A stretch of DNA of 64,000 bases. Origin: Candidatus Magasanikiibacteriota bacterium (GTDB taxonomy: Bacteria; Patescibacteriota; Patescibacteriia; Magasanikbacterales; UBA922). This document shows positions 20,570 through 30,419 of this stretch, in pieces (the first letter of the stretch is position 1; each line of letters starts with the position of its first letter). Below the pieces are notes generated by a model. That model searched no databases. It had not been told where the DNA came from and saw nothing but the letters and a program-made list of their open reading frames with translations. The position numbers were made by a program, and so were the translations under genes. The stretch spans positions 15,052 through 79,051 of the forward strand of contig DMXO01000006.1 of assembly GCA_003482855.1 (NCBI GenBank). The letters run 5' to 3'.

Positions 20570-21019
20570 TTAAACAGCCTTTTCTTTTTTGCGTTCACCT
20601 AATATGAACATGATGGCCCCTATTACAATTAGTATATCTCCTATATTGATGACAGAGGTGGCAATACGTAAATAATCAATTGTGATAGAGAATAGTATCC
20701 GATCAATAAAATTCGATAATGCTCCTGCTATGATCAGTGTTGTGGCAAGATAGTGTATTGCTGCTTTATATTTTTTTTTGGACCACCAATACATGATAAA
20801 TAATATGATGATAGGAGTAAGTAATATGATAACAGGTTGGGGTAGTGGAATACTAAATGCTATACCTTTGTTTTCAAAATATTCCCATCCTATCCATGGT
20901 TTCCATATGTAATATGTGCTATGAGGGTTTGTTCTGGCAATAAATTTTAATATCTGGTCGAGCAATAAAAAAAACCCACTTATAGTAACAGATAATATAA
21001 TGTGGGCTTTGTACTTCAT
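20570..21019 (-). CDS. lspA: Lipoprotein signal peptidase
   Basis: LDQILK, ENKGIAFS, GALSNFIDR, IDY, NIGD. Confidence 0.88.
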   Translation of the reverse strand: MKYKAHIILSVTISGFFLLLDQILKFIARTNPHSTYYIWKPWIGWEYFENKGIAFSIPLPQPVIILLTPIIILFIMYWWSKKKYKAAIHYLATTLIIAGALSNFIDRILFSITIDYLRIATSVINIGDILIVIGAIMFILGERKKEKAV

Positions 21020-21056
21020 AGTGATTTCCTAAGCGTTTACTTTAGGAAACGTGTTG

Positions 21057-21452
21057 CTAAATTTCTTGTGTCAATGTTTTTTTGCAACTTACACATGCGC
21101 TTGATGTAGGGCGTGCTTCTAAACGTTTTTCTTCTATAGGTTGATCACAATATTTGCAAATCCCATAAACCCCATCTTTTATGCGTTTGAGAGCTTTGTC
21201 CACATCTCTTAATGTCTTTTCAAGTTGCATTTCAAGTGGTTTATTGGTGAGATATTGGGTTATTTCTTGGGCGTTTTCATCACTTTTGTCCCCATATTCT
21301 GGATATGTGGCTTCATAATCATCATCTATATGAGAATTTTTTTTGGTAAATTTATCCAATTCCGCCTCTAGATGTTTTTTTTCTTCCTCAAGGTTTTTTT
21401 GTATTTTTGCTATAAATGTGTTACTAAGTTGTGTTTTTTTTGTTTTTGTCAT
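21057..21452 (-). CDS. TraR/DksA C4 zinc-finger protein
   Basis: ALKRIKDGVYGICKYCDQPIEEKRLEARPTSSACVSC. Confidence 0.9.
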   Translation of the reverse strand: MTKTKKTQLSNTFIAKIQKNLEEEKKHLEAELDKFTKKNSHIDDDYEATYPEYGDKSDENAQEITQYLTNKPLEMQLEKTLRDVDKALKRIKDGVYGICKYCDQPIEEKRLEARPTSSACVSCKKTLTQEI

Positions 21453-21480
21453 ATATGTATAAGGTCAATAGAATAGAATT

Positions 21481-21509
21481 ATTATACACAAGTAGATATA
21501 TAAAAGCAA
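21481..21509 (-). promoter_or_regulatory. sigma70 promoter of the TraR/DksA gene
   Basis: Minus strand TTGCTT-17-TATAAT. Confidence 0.6.
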
Positions 21510-21564
21510 GATATCGGGGTAGTTTGTGTAAATAAAATGTGCATAAAGTTGTTTATTTTTAGCC

Positions 21565-21920
21565 AAAAATAAAAGAGGCATCCGATGCCCTGGGTAGTTT
21601 GTGTGGCTGGAGCCTCTTAACTATCCCAAGTACCGGTTTTTCTCAAGCTGTCCAAAGGTTCTTATTGAAGCCTTGGAATGCTTGAGAAACGCCAGGAAAA
21701 GCCTGGGATATTTGTCCTCTGAACCGCTCAGTGGTGTTTGCCTCGGCGCCGATCAAAGATTTGGGAATCTGATCAGCAAGAAGTGTAGTGAGGTCACCAG
21801 TGTTTCTCCTTTTATTTTTTGTGTTTGTTGAGCGAAATAATCGCTCTTGGTGAGCAGTAGGGAGGGTATTCAACCATTTTCAACATCTTGTTGAGAATGG
21901 TTGTGATTTTTAATGATCAC
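21565..21920 (-). ncRNA. Candidate ~350-nt structured RNA of unknown family
   Basis: Perfect promoter upstream, multiple long helices, terminator GGCAT-CGG-ATGCC-TCTTTT; GC-richer than flanks; no convincing ORF. Confidence 0.55.
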
Positions 21921-21926
21921 ATATTT

Positions 21927-21955
21927 ATTATACACCTTTTTAGTATTATTGTCAA
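21927..21955 (-). promoter_or_regulatory. Perfect consensus sigma70 promoter
   Basis: TTGACA (21955-21950), 17-bp spacer, TATAAT (21932-21927). Confidence 0.85.
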
Positions 21956-22050
21956 TAGTATATATATTTTGCTGTAATTAGCTAAAAAAAGCTTATTTTA
22001 CATAATATAGATGTATAAAATAGTTTATACTTTCATGTCTTTATATATTG

Positions 22051-22148
22051 TTATCCACAAAATAGGGTGTTTTTCCACATACTTATCCACAATGTATATG
22101 ATTTTGTATACAAACAGTTTAATTTTAAGTGGAAAAAATAGTGGATTA
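22051..22148. promoter_or_regulatory. Second DnaA-box cluster away from oriC
   Basis: TTATCCACA 22051, TTTTCCACA 22071, TTATCCACA 22083, reverse AGTGGAAAA 22128 and AGTGGATTA 22140. Confidence 0.7.
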
Positions 22149-22330
22149 TTTTATTTATAATTTTTTTAAGTAATTTTTACTTAGTATTGAATATATTTGA
22201 AGTTCATTTTTTAATATTTTTGTGCCTATGTGTAGTTTTATTATTAAATGTATATAGCTTTGTATACTTTTATATATAAACTACCTTTTTTTTCTAATAA
22301 TGGTATACTTTATATACCTTATTAATTTTT

Positions 22331-23278
22331 ATGTTACATATGGATACTCCAAATTTAGAAATTCTTCAAACATTCGGTCTAGATACACTTCCTAATCTTG
22401 ATGTGGTTGTTCTGGGGGCTCTCGAGTTATTTGATAAAACTGGTATACCCACACTTGATTTGGGTGATTACAAAATCCCACTTGTTTTGGGAAGCGGGAA
22501 TGCAGCAGTTACAGGGAGAATTCTTTTTGATGACAAAAATGCGATATTCGCAGATGAGAGCACTTATAAGAGGAAGCTTGAGAACATAAAAGGCATTGAT
22601 GGGGCTATTTTGTTGTCAGCTTCTGGGAGTAAACATGCTATTGCCCTATCCCAGGATTTACTTAGCCATGGTATTGAGACACGTCTTTTGACCAATAACC
22701 AAGAAGCTCCTGCAAAGAAATATATTAATGATGATAATTTTTTTGTTTTTCCTAAAAATCGAGAGCCATATACATACAACACATCTACTTATATGGGCAT
22801 GATTTTGGGGAAAACAAAAGAGAATCCCAAAAATATCAAAAAATTTATTACAGATGAGGTAGATCCTATTATTCCGAAGAATTTAGCTGATTATGATGCT
22901 TTTTATGTGCTTATACCAGAAAGATTTGATGCATTTCGGGAAATGCTTGCAACCAAATTTGATGAATTATTTCAACCCAAAGTGTCAGGAAGAGTCTTTA
23001 CTCCAGAACAGAGCAAACATGCAAAAAGCGTAGTGAAGTATGATAAGGAATTGTTTATTAGTTTTGGATATGACAACACACAATTTGGTTTGCCAAAAAA
23101 TCGACTGAATATTCCTTTGCCAGTTGATGTGGATTATGGGACACTTATGGCAGTATCGTATTATGTTATGGGCAATATGCAGAAGCAACATGAACCTTAC
23201 TTTAAAAATGGCATTGAAGATTATGTAAAAAAAGCAGGAGAGGCTTTTGGTATAACTTTGGGTGTGATTGTTGAATAG
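22331..23278 (+). CDS. Hypothetical protein, probable SIS (sugar isomerase) fold
   Basis: LVLGSGNA, ILLSASGS, TRLLTNN resemble SIS phosphosugar-binding loops. Confidence 0.6.
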   Translation: MLHMDTPNLEILQTFGLDTLPNLDVVVLGALELFDKTGIPTLDLGDYKIPLVLGSGNAAVTGRILFDDKNAIFADESTYKRKLENIKGIDGAILLSASGSKHAIALSQDLLSHGIETRLLTNNQEAPAKKYINDDNFFVFPKNREPYTYNTSTYMGMILGKTKENPKNIKKFITDEVDPIIPKNLADYDAFYVLIPERFDAFREMLATKFDELFQPKVSGRVFTPEQSKHAKSVVKYDKELFISFGYDNTQFGLPKNRLNIPLPVDVDYGTLMAVSYYVMGNMQKQHEPYFKNGIEDYVKKAGEAFGITLGVIVE

Positions 23279-23281
23279 TAT

Positions 23282-23800
23282 ATGAAGAGGATTGTATATA
23301 CTGATAATTTTCAAAAAAGGTATTCTTATGCACTCACCGAACCAAAGGGAAAAAATTTTGATCCAGAATTTAAACCAGAATTAACACCACAAGAAATGTT
23401 TAAGATTGGCGTGTTTGGTGGAGCGTATTTTATCGGGGTCGATGGATTGATTCCTTCTGACATTCCAAAGACATGGTTTGTGGGGGTAAAGTTAAGCGTT
23501 TCAGGAGAAAAACAGGGATCATTAAATTATTTTGGAGTATCTGCAAGCCAGCCACTAAAAATTTGGCGACAAAAAGGTTGGATTCATCCATGTGATCCAC
23601 ATGGATGGTTTCAGTGGTATTGTAGATATTATATGGGTAGGCGCATATCAGGAGAAGATGAGCGACAAATTAAGCGGTGGAAGTCAATGAGGAGACATAT
23701 GGGGCAAATAAAAAAGTTTTGTCGCAGGGGAGACTTACACTGTCGTGTCAAACAAAGACAAGTACTTTTACATTGGGCGTATGACAGCAGAAAGGTCTAA
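23282..23800 (+). CDS. Conserved hypothetical protein
   Basis: TPQEMFKIGVFGGAYF, GWFQWYCRYYMGRR, DERQIKRW, RQVLLHWAYD conserved-looking blocks. Confidence 0.75.
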   Translation: MKRIVYTDNFQKRYSYALTEPKGKNFDPEFKPELTPQEMFKIGVFGGAYFIGVDGLIPSDIPKTWFVGVKLSVSGEKQGSLNYFGVSASQPLKIWRQKGWIHPCDPHGWFQWYCRYYMGRRISGEDERQIKRWKSMRRHMGQIKKFCRRGDLHCRVKQRQVLLHWAYDSRKV

Positions 23801-23908
23801 TCCATTATAGTTATTGTATATAAGACCACGAGTGTGGTTTTTATTTTTCCACATGTTGTCTTGATCTAAAAACACGCGTATACTACACATCTTACTAACA
23901 TAAATTAT

Positions 23909-26284
23909 ATGAAAAATATATTATATAATGACAATATACCAACTATTTTTACTATTTTTGGAGCAACGGGGGATCTCATGAGTAAAAAAATTGTTCCGTC
24001 ATTGTTTTTTTTATATAAAAAAAAGGAATTACCGAAGCATTTCAGCGTGCTTGGGTTTGCGCGTAGACCCATGAGTGACACCCAATTTCAGCTACGTGTT
24101 TTTAATATTCTTGCAGAAAAAGGGTTTGTAAAAAATAGAAAGGCAACGGAAAAATTTTTGCAGTTATTCCATTATGAACAAGGGGATTTTTCTGCTTTGA
24201 AAGATTATACAGAGCTTAAAGCGCATATCGAAAAGATTGAAAGAAAATGGGGCTTGTGTACAAATAAATTATATTATTTGGCAATTCCTCCAAAGTTAAT
24301 CAAAATTGTAGTACAAGGATTGTCTGAGACGGGTTTGCACAAGCCATGTGATGACACTACAGGTTGGTCGCGTGTGATAGTAGAGAAACCTTTTGGAGAT
24401 GATGGCGCGAGTGCACGAGAGCTTGAATCGACATTAGATATTTTTAAACAAGACCAGATATATCGTATTGACCACTATTTTGGTAAAGAAATGGTTCAGG
24501 GGATCCTCAATTTTAGGTTTTCAAACGGACTTTTTGAGGATTCTTGGGATAACAAGCATATCGAACGTATTGATATGAAATTATGGGAGGAAATTGGTGC
24601 TGAGGGACGTGGAGAATTTTATGAAAGTGTAGGAGCATTACGTGATGTTGGACAAAATCATCTATTGTCTATTCTTGCATTGCTTACTATGGAGCATCCT
24701 ATAAATTATACAGATAAAGAAGTGCGTAGTGCGCGAACAATGGTTTTGAAACAATTACGACGGCCTACCCATGCAGATATAAAGACAAAAACATTCCGCG
24801 CTCAATATGAAGGATATACAAATATAGATGGGGTGGAGAAGAATTCGCATGTCGAGACGTATTTTAGTTGGCAGACTGAAATTGATGCACCGCGTTGGGC
24901 TGGCGTACCTATATATATAGAGAGTGGCAAACGCATGGGTAATGTGCGGAAGGAAATCATTGTGACTTTTCGTCACCCCGAGCCGTGCATTTGTCCGCCT
25001 GCTGGTCCAGTACAAAATAAAATTATTTTTAAATTGCATCCCACACAAGAAATCACCATAGAATTTTGGCAACGCGAGCCAGGATTTGGTATGCAACTGG
25101 AGAAACGTAAGTTTGACTTCATGCTGTATAAGACAAAGACAAAATTGCCGTATGTAGAAGAGTATGCCAAATTGTTGCACGATGCCATAGCAGGTAATCA
25201 AACTTGGTTTATGACGAAACGCGAAGTAGATGCAATGTGGCGTGCTGTAGATCCTATTGTAGGTGCATGGAAAAAAAATCAGACACCGTTGCATGTGTAT
25301 AAGCCAGACACACATGATATTTCAAAAATTGCAAATGAATTTATGCAGGATAAAATCCATACATTAGAAAAGCGTATAGGTATCATAGGGTTGGGTAGGA
25401 TGGGAGGAAATTTGGCTCGTCGTCTCATGGATCGAGGTTGGTATGTAACTGGGTATAATCGTACACATAGCGTTACAAAGGACATGAAAAAAGAAGGGAT
25501 TAATGCCGTGTACTCTTTTGGAGATATGGCCAAGGCATTACCAACGCCACGAATAATCTGGCTTATGGTCCCTAATGGGAAACCAATTGATGATACACTA
25601 TTCGGGGATGAAGGAATTGTTCAATATTTAGACAAGGGCGATATCGTCATAGATGGTGGAAATTCGTACTTTAAAGACACAATAAAGCGTGCAGAAAAAT
25701 TGAAAAAGATGGGAATTAAATTTCTTGATGCAGGTGTATCTGGTGGACCTGGTGGCGCACGTACGGGTGCATGCATTATGGCAGGTGGAGACAAGAAATT
25801 ATTTGAATATTGTGAACCAATATTTCGTGATATGGCCCGGGTACATGGGTACCAATTTTTCTCTGGAGCAGGTGCAGGACATTTTGTGAAGATGGTGCAC
25901 AATGGTATTGAATATGGCATGATGCAAGCTATTGGTGAGGGATTTAATGTACTTAAACATGCTGATTACAAGCTAGACCTTCACCGTATCGCCGATGTGT
26001 ATAATGAAGGAAGTGTCATAGAATCTCGCTTGGTCGGTTGGTTACACGATGCTTTTCATATATATGGCACTGATTTGAAAAAAATTTCTGGGAAAGTATC
26101 CCATTCAGGCGAAGGTGAGTGGACAATAAAAACAGCCACAGAAATGAAATTGAAAAGTAAGGTGATAGAGGAGTCTCTAAAATTTAGAGAGCAATCGCAA
26201 AAAAATCCAGATTATACAGGCAAGATAGTTTCAGCGTTGCGTGGTCAATTTGGTCAACATCCCGTATTGGCAGATAAAGAGTAG
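23909..26284 (+). CDS. zwf-gnd: Fused glucose-6-phosphate dehydrogenase / 6-phosphogluconate dehydrogenase
   Basis: GATGDL, EKPFG, RIDHYFGKE, DVGQNH (Zwf), then GIIGLGRMG, DGGNS, GVSGG, GAGHFVKMVHNGIEY, LRGQFGQH (Gnd), one frame. Confidence 0.93.
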   Translation: MKNILYNDNIPTIFTIFGATGDLMSKKIVPSLFFLYKKKELPKHFSVLGFARRPMSDTQFQLRVFNILAEKGFVKNRKATEKFLQLFHYEQGDFSALKDYTELKAHIEKIERKWGLCTNKLYYLAIPPKLIKIVVQGLSETGLHKPCDDTTGWSRVIVEKPFGDDGASARELESTLDIFKQDQIYRIDHYFGKEMVQGILNFRFSNGLFEDSWDNKHIERIDMKLWEEIGAEGRGEFYESVGALRDVGQNHLLSILALLTMEHPINYTDKEVRSARTMVLKQLRRPTHADIKTKTFRAQYEGYTNIDGVEKNSHVETYFSWQTEIDAPRWAGVPIYIESGKRMGNVRKEIIVTFRHPEPCICPPAGPVQNKIIFKLHPTQEITIEFWQREPGFGMQLEKRKFDFMLYKTKTKLPYVEEYAKLLHDAIAGNQTWFMTKREVDAMWRAVDPIVGAWKKNQTPLHVYKPDTHDISKIANEFMQDKIHTLEKRIGIIGLGRMGGNLARRLMDRGWYVTGYNRTHSVTKDMKKEGINAVYSFGDMAKALPTPRIIWLMVPNGKPIDDTLFGDEGIVQYLDKGDIVIDGGNSYFKDTIKRAEKLKKMGIKFLDAGVSGGPGGARTGACIMAGGDKKLFEYCEPIFRDMARVHGYQFFSGAGAGHFVKMVHNGIEYGMMQAIGEGFNVLKHADYKLDLHRIADVYNEGSVIESRLVGWLHDAFHIYGTDLKKISGKVSHSGEGEWTIKTATEMKLKSKVIEESLKFREQSQKNPDYTGKIVSALRGQFGQHPVLADKE

Positions 26285-26317
26285 TGTTGCAGATGTAGTT
26301 TATCATAAGTGGTTTAT

Positions 26318-27208
26318 ATGCAATTTGTGCAGAAATATTTTTGGCTTATCATGCTTGTATCACTTACCCTTGGTTTTGTCTTACCGTCGGTAGGTATGAT
26401 ACTCAAGGATTATGTTACTGAGATACTCATCGTCATTATGACTTTGAGTTGTCTCAAGATTGATATTGCGTCACTTGTATCTGTCCGGCACGACTGGTGG
26501 AGATTTTTGGTATTATTATTTCTCATGTACATCGTTCCGACGATTTTGGTATTTTTTAGCAAGTATTTTTTGGATGAAAAAATATTTCTTGGGCTTCTTA
26601 TTGCTGCAGCCATGCCATGTGCCGTTTCTGTTGTTTTCATCTCTGATTTGCTGGGCGGTGAACCACCAAAGGCACTAGTGGCTACGAGCATTGCGCATAT
26701 AATAAGCCCATTTGTAACTCCTTTTTTGGTTTACTTATTTGCGCATGCAAATATTGATGTAAATTTTTATGACATGATGATCCTTATTCTCAAGCTTGTA
26801 GCTGTTCCCTTTGTCTTTGCTCAGTTGTTAAGGTATCTTCATGTTGGAAAAATATTGTCAAGAGTATCAAGTACAGTAAATGCATACTTGTTAGTTGCAT
26901 TAATCTGGGGGATAACTGCAGCCGCACGAATTATATTTTTAAATAATTTGTCTCAAGTGGGGGTAATTGCTATTTTTGTTTCTTTTATTTTGATTGGTGT
27001 AATTACCATGAGTATATTATTTGGCAGAAATAAAAAAGAAGATATTACCTGGTCTATTGTCGGTATGTATAAAAATTTGGGGCTGTCGTCAGTCATTGCA
27101 CTCAACATGTTTGGCCCTATTGCGGTATTAGGTTCAGTGGTATATACCATTGTGGGGAACTTGGCAATTGCTGCATTACAGTTTTGGGGGAGGAAAAGGC
27201 CATTATAG
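26318..27208 (+). CDS. Bile acid:sodium symporter family transporter
   Basis: Multi-TM; GLLIAAAMPCAVSVVFISDLLGG, SPFVTP, KNLGLS. Confidence 0.8.
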   Translation: MQFVQKYFWLIMLVSLTLGFVLPSVGMILKDYVTEILIVIMTLSCLKIDIASLVSVRHDWWRFLVLLFLMYIVPTILVFFSKYFLDEKIFLGLLIAAAMPCAVSVVFISDLLGGEPPKALVATSIAHIISPFVTPFLVYLFAHANIDVNFYDMMILILKLVAVPFVFAQLLRYLHVGKILSRVSSTVNAYLLVALIWGITAAARIIFLNNLSQVGVIAIFVSFILIGVITMSILFGRNKKEDITWSIVGMYKNLGLSSVIALNMFGPIAVLGSVVYTIVGNLAIAALQFWGRKRPL

Positions 27209-27263
27209 ATGATTGACTTTGTTTATTTTTTATATTAGACTGTCTGGGAAATAAATTATAATT

Positions 27264-28334
27264 ATGTTATCTATTGGGATTGTTGGATTGCCCAATGTGG
27301 GCAAGTCAACACTATTTAATGCATTGACGAGGAGTAAACAGGCCGATGCGCAAAATTATCCTTTTTGTACCATTGAACCAAATGTGGGTGTCGTTGAGGT
27401 ACCTGATGAACGATTGCAGAAGTTGAGTGACGTTTCAAAATCAAAAAAAATTGTTCCTACAGCTATACAATTTGTAGATATAGCGGGACTTGTGAAAGGT
27501 GCTTCGGAAGGAGAGGGGCTCGGGAATCAGTTTTTGTCGCATATTCGTGAGTGTGATGCAATAGTTCAGGTAGTGCGCGCATTTGAAGATAACAATATTA
27601 TCCATGTACATGGTAAGGTAGATCCTAAAGAGGATAGTGAAGTAATTAATCTGGAGCTCGTTTTGGCCGATTGGCAGACCGTATCGAAACGACTTGAGAG
27701 AGTAAGGAAAGATGCAAAGGGAGCTAAGGCAAAAGAACTTGCGTTAGAATTGGGACTTTTGGAGAAGCTTGATGTACATCTGCAAGCTGGTAAACCAGCA
27801 AGAACACTTGAATATAATGAAGATGAGAATATGATTGTGCGTGATCTGCACTTGATAACTATGAAGCCAATGATGTATGTGGTAAATATGATAGAAAATA
27901 CAAAGGCAGTGATGGAAAATTATAATTTGGATGCACCTTTTGTTGGTGTGTGCGCAAAACTTGAGGCAGAGTTGGCAGAGTTGAGTCTGGCGGAAGCAGA
28001 AGAATATATGAAAGAACTTGGAATGGGTGAGACTGGCTTAGATAGACTTATCGTCGCTGGGTATAAACTTTTGGATTTGGTGACCTATTTTACTTCAGGA
28101 GAGCCAGAGACGCGTGCGTGGACTGTAAAGAGGGGTACAAAGGGCCCTGAAGCAGCAGGAGTAATTCATACAGACTTTGTCAAAGGATATATTAAGGCAG
28201 ATGTTGTCAATTGGAAAGATTTTGTGGATAATAGAGGGTGGAGTGGAATAAAAGAGACAGGGAAAATGCAGTTGGTGGGAAAGGATTATGTGGTTCAGGA
28301 TGGGGATGTCTGTTATTTTCATGTGAGCACATAA
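27264..28334 (+). CDS. ychF: Redox-regulated ATPase YchF
   Basis: [57 protein letters not shown]. Confidence 0.98.
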   Translation: MLSIGIVGLPNVGKSTLFNALTRSKQADAQNYPFCTIEPNVGVVEVPDERLQKLSDVSKSKKIVPTAIQFVDIAGLVKGASEGEGLGNQFLSHIRECDAIVQVVRAFEDNNIIHVHGKVDPKEDSEVINLELVLADWQTVSKRLERVRKDAKGAKAKELALELGLLEKLDVHLQAGKPARTLEYNEDENMIVRDLHLITMKPMMYVVNMIENTKAVMENYNLDAPFVGVCAKLEAELAELSLAEAEEYMKELGMGETGLDRLIVAGYKLLDLVTYFTSGEPETRAWTVKRGTKGPEAAGVIHTDFVKGYIKADVVNWKDFVDNRGWSGIKETGKMQLVGKDYVVQDGDVCYFHVST

Positions 28335-28378
28335 TTATATTGTGTATCTAAATAAAAAACTCCGGGAAATGGAGTTTT

Positions 28379-29509
28379 TTATTTAGATATGAATTTCCAA
28401 ATCTCTCGTCCTACGTGTTGTTTTGGTCTGTGGTAGAGCAGGGAGGCATATGTTTTGTTAAACGGCTTTTGTTCAAATCCTATGCGTTTTATTTCTTCTA
28501 AACAATCTATAGTAATCCAATCATTATTATATCTGAATTTTGGAATAATAAAAATTATAGTACCGTTTTTTTTGAGGATTTTATGAAATTCTTTGAAGCT
28601 CTCGATATATAATTTTTTAAGTTCATCTGCCTGTTGTATAAGTATTTCTTTTTTTTCGTTGTCTCTGAGTGGTTTACCTAGGTATGGTTCAGACACGATG
28701 ATATTTATTGAGTTAGGTTTTAAATGATCAAGAAGTTTGGTTGCGTCAGATAAAAAGATATTAGGATATGTAGATACTGGATATTGATTCATCATCCAGT
28801 CTACATTTTTTTTTGCATCTCCAATAGCTTTTTGTGAGAAATCCGAGCCGGTAATATTTGTAAAACCCATTGAAAGTGCTTCGGTCAAAATAGTTCCCGA
28901 TCCACAAAATGGATCAAGTACCGTGTCTGTTTTTGGGTTGGCTCCTGACAAATTTATCATGATACGTGCGAGCTTTGGGGGGAGCATACCCGATACATCA
29001 TCGCTACCGGGTCGTCCATAATCACGCGTGGTAAACCCTTCAATGTCTTGGATTGCTTCTGTTACAAACACACTATTGTCGACTATGGTGAAGTCTCCTT
29101 GTTTTTCAACCAAGTTATTATGTAAGATGGTAGCTGTGTTTTTTATTTCAATATATCGTACGGATCTACCAAGTTTTTTTAATTCTTTTTTTATAGCAAG
29201 TCCAATTTTTTGCGACGCATTGCTAGACACGCCGAATTGTATTTTACCGGTCTGATTTTCATTCAAGAAATTTGCAATAGACTGTATTTCATCACCTATT
29301 TTTTTTATTTCTCTTCCTATTTTTTTTGTACCACCGAGAATCTGTGATAGGTGGGGCGCATCTAGTTTGGATTCAAATTTTACTACCAAGTAAATACCTG
29401 AGTATTTGGGTATTTGATTTTCTGGGTGAATGTGAAGGCGTGCAAAAACCGCCTCAAGTTCGGCGGTAGAAATTTCTGGCTGTCGTCCTAGTTCAAATAG
29501 ATATTTCAT
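28379..29509 (-). CDS. TRM11-like SAM-dependent RNA methyltransferase
   Basis: GMLPPKLARIMINL, VLDPFCGSGTIL, SEPYLG. Confidence 0.8.
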   Translation of the reverse strand: MKYLFELGRQPEISTAELEAVFARLHIHPENQIPKYSGIYLVVKFESKLDAPHLSQILGGTKKIGREIKKIGDEIQSIANFLNENQTGKIQFGVSSNASQKIGLAIKKELKKLGRSVRYIEIKNTATILHNNLVEKQGDFTIVDNSVFVTEAIQDIEGFTTRDYGRPGSDDVSGMLPPKLARIMINLSGANPKTDTVLDPFCGSGTILTEALSMGFTNITGSDFSQKAIGDAKKNVDWMMNQYPVSTYPNIFLSDATKLLDHLKPNSINIIVSEPYLGKPLRDNEKKEILIQQADELKKLYIESFKEFHKILKKNGTIIFIIPKFRYNNDWITIDCLEEIKRIGFEQKPFNKTYASLLYHRPKQHVGREIWKFISK

Positions 29510-29538
29510 AATGTATGAAAGTGTCTTTATTCGTCGCC

Positions 29539-29901
29539 CTAATCATTTGCTTCGTTCAATGTGCTTGTTGTAGACGTTGTCGTGGCGATAGGTATTTGAT
29601 TGAATGGGTCGCGTGTGATGATAATATTTTGAGCATTATATTTTTCATCCCATGCAGTGAGAGTATCATTGTACAATTTGAAGTTAATTGGTTCAAAGCG
29701 AGGATTTTTTTCTGCCAAAATTAGTATTTGCACTTTGCCAATAGTTCGATATATGTTGGTATACACAAACCAACAAGTGCTTGCAATACTGCCTATAATG
29801 ATAAAAATACTAACTATATTTAGTAAGCGTATGTGACTCAAATTGCCGAGATCATCGGATATTTGTGGTTGTTTTGTTTTTTTTCTGAATAAAATTTTCA
29901 T
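29539..29901 (-). CDS. Hypothetical single-TM protein at the end of the pil operon
   Basis: One TM segment; starts directly after pilO. Confidence 0.6.
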   Translation of the reverse strand: MKILFRKKTKQPQISDDLGNLSHIRLLNIVSIFIIIGSIASTCWFVYTNIYRTIGKVQILILAEKNPRFEPINFKLYNDTLTAWDEKYNAQNIIITRDPFNQIPIATTTSTTSTLNEAND

Positions 29902-29902
29902 A

Positions 29903-30418
29903 TTACTTGGTGCTATAGACATCCCCAGAAAAAGAAAGTGATACATTTTCCCCACTTTTATTGAGACCTATGGCGCTGATGTTTATATAATAGGGGAATT
30001 GCTCGAGACTCTGTAGGTAATTCATAACATCTGTAAATTCCCCATTTATTTTGAATGAGAATGTGTATATGTTGTCATTGTAGGAAACTCCCAAGTTTTG
30101 GGCCACATGATGCGTTGTTGCGAGTTGCTCTAGTTGCTCTATGAGCTGGAGTTCATTTCCTTTTCCCATGGTGATAGAGTAGAATTTTTTAGTATTTTGC
30201 TTGATTTCTTCTATTTCATTTATAGAGCGTTTGAGTAGTTTTATCTTTTGATATTGCTCTTCGAGTTGAGCCTCGGTGTGTTCGATTTCTTGTTTCATGG
30301 TATTTATATACCGTACCGAGGGTAGTATAATACCTATACCAATAGCTATCACTCCTAAAAATATAATGCTTGTTATTGCCATTATTCTATATTTAAGTTG
30401 GATGCGCGAGGTATTCAT
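29903..30418 (-). CDS. pilO: Type IV pilus PilO-like protein
   Basis: TM plus coiled coil plus FSFKINGEFTDVMNYLQSLEQFPYYINI; operon order. Confidence 0.75.
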   Translation of the reverse strand: MNTSRIQLKYRIMAITSIIFLGVIAIGIGIILPSVRYINTMKQEIEHTEAQLEEQYQKIKLLKRSINEIEEIKQNTKKFYSITMGKGNELQLIEQLEQLATTHHVAQNLGVSYNDNIYTFSFKINGEFTDVMNYLQSLEQFPYYINISAIGLNKSGENVSLSFSGDVYSTK

Positions 30419-30419
30419 A

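Noticed and set aside
21565-21920. tmRNA, RNase P RNA, SRP RNA or T-box identity for the structured RNA
   Set aside because: Their hallmark motifs are not found on either strand
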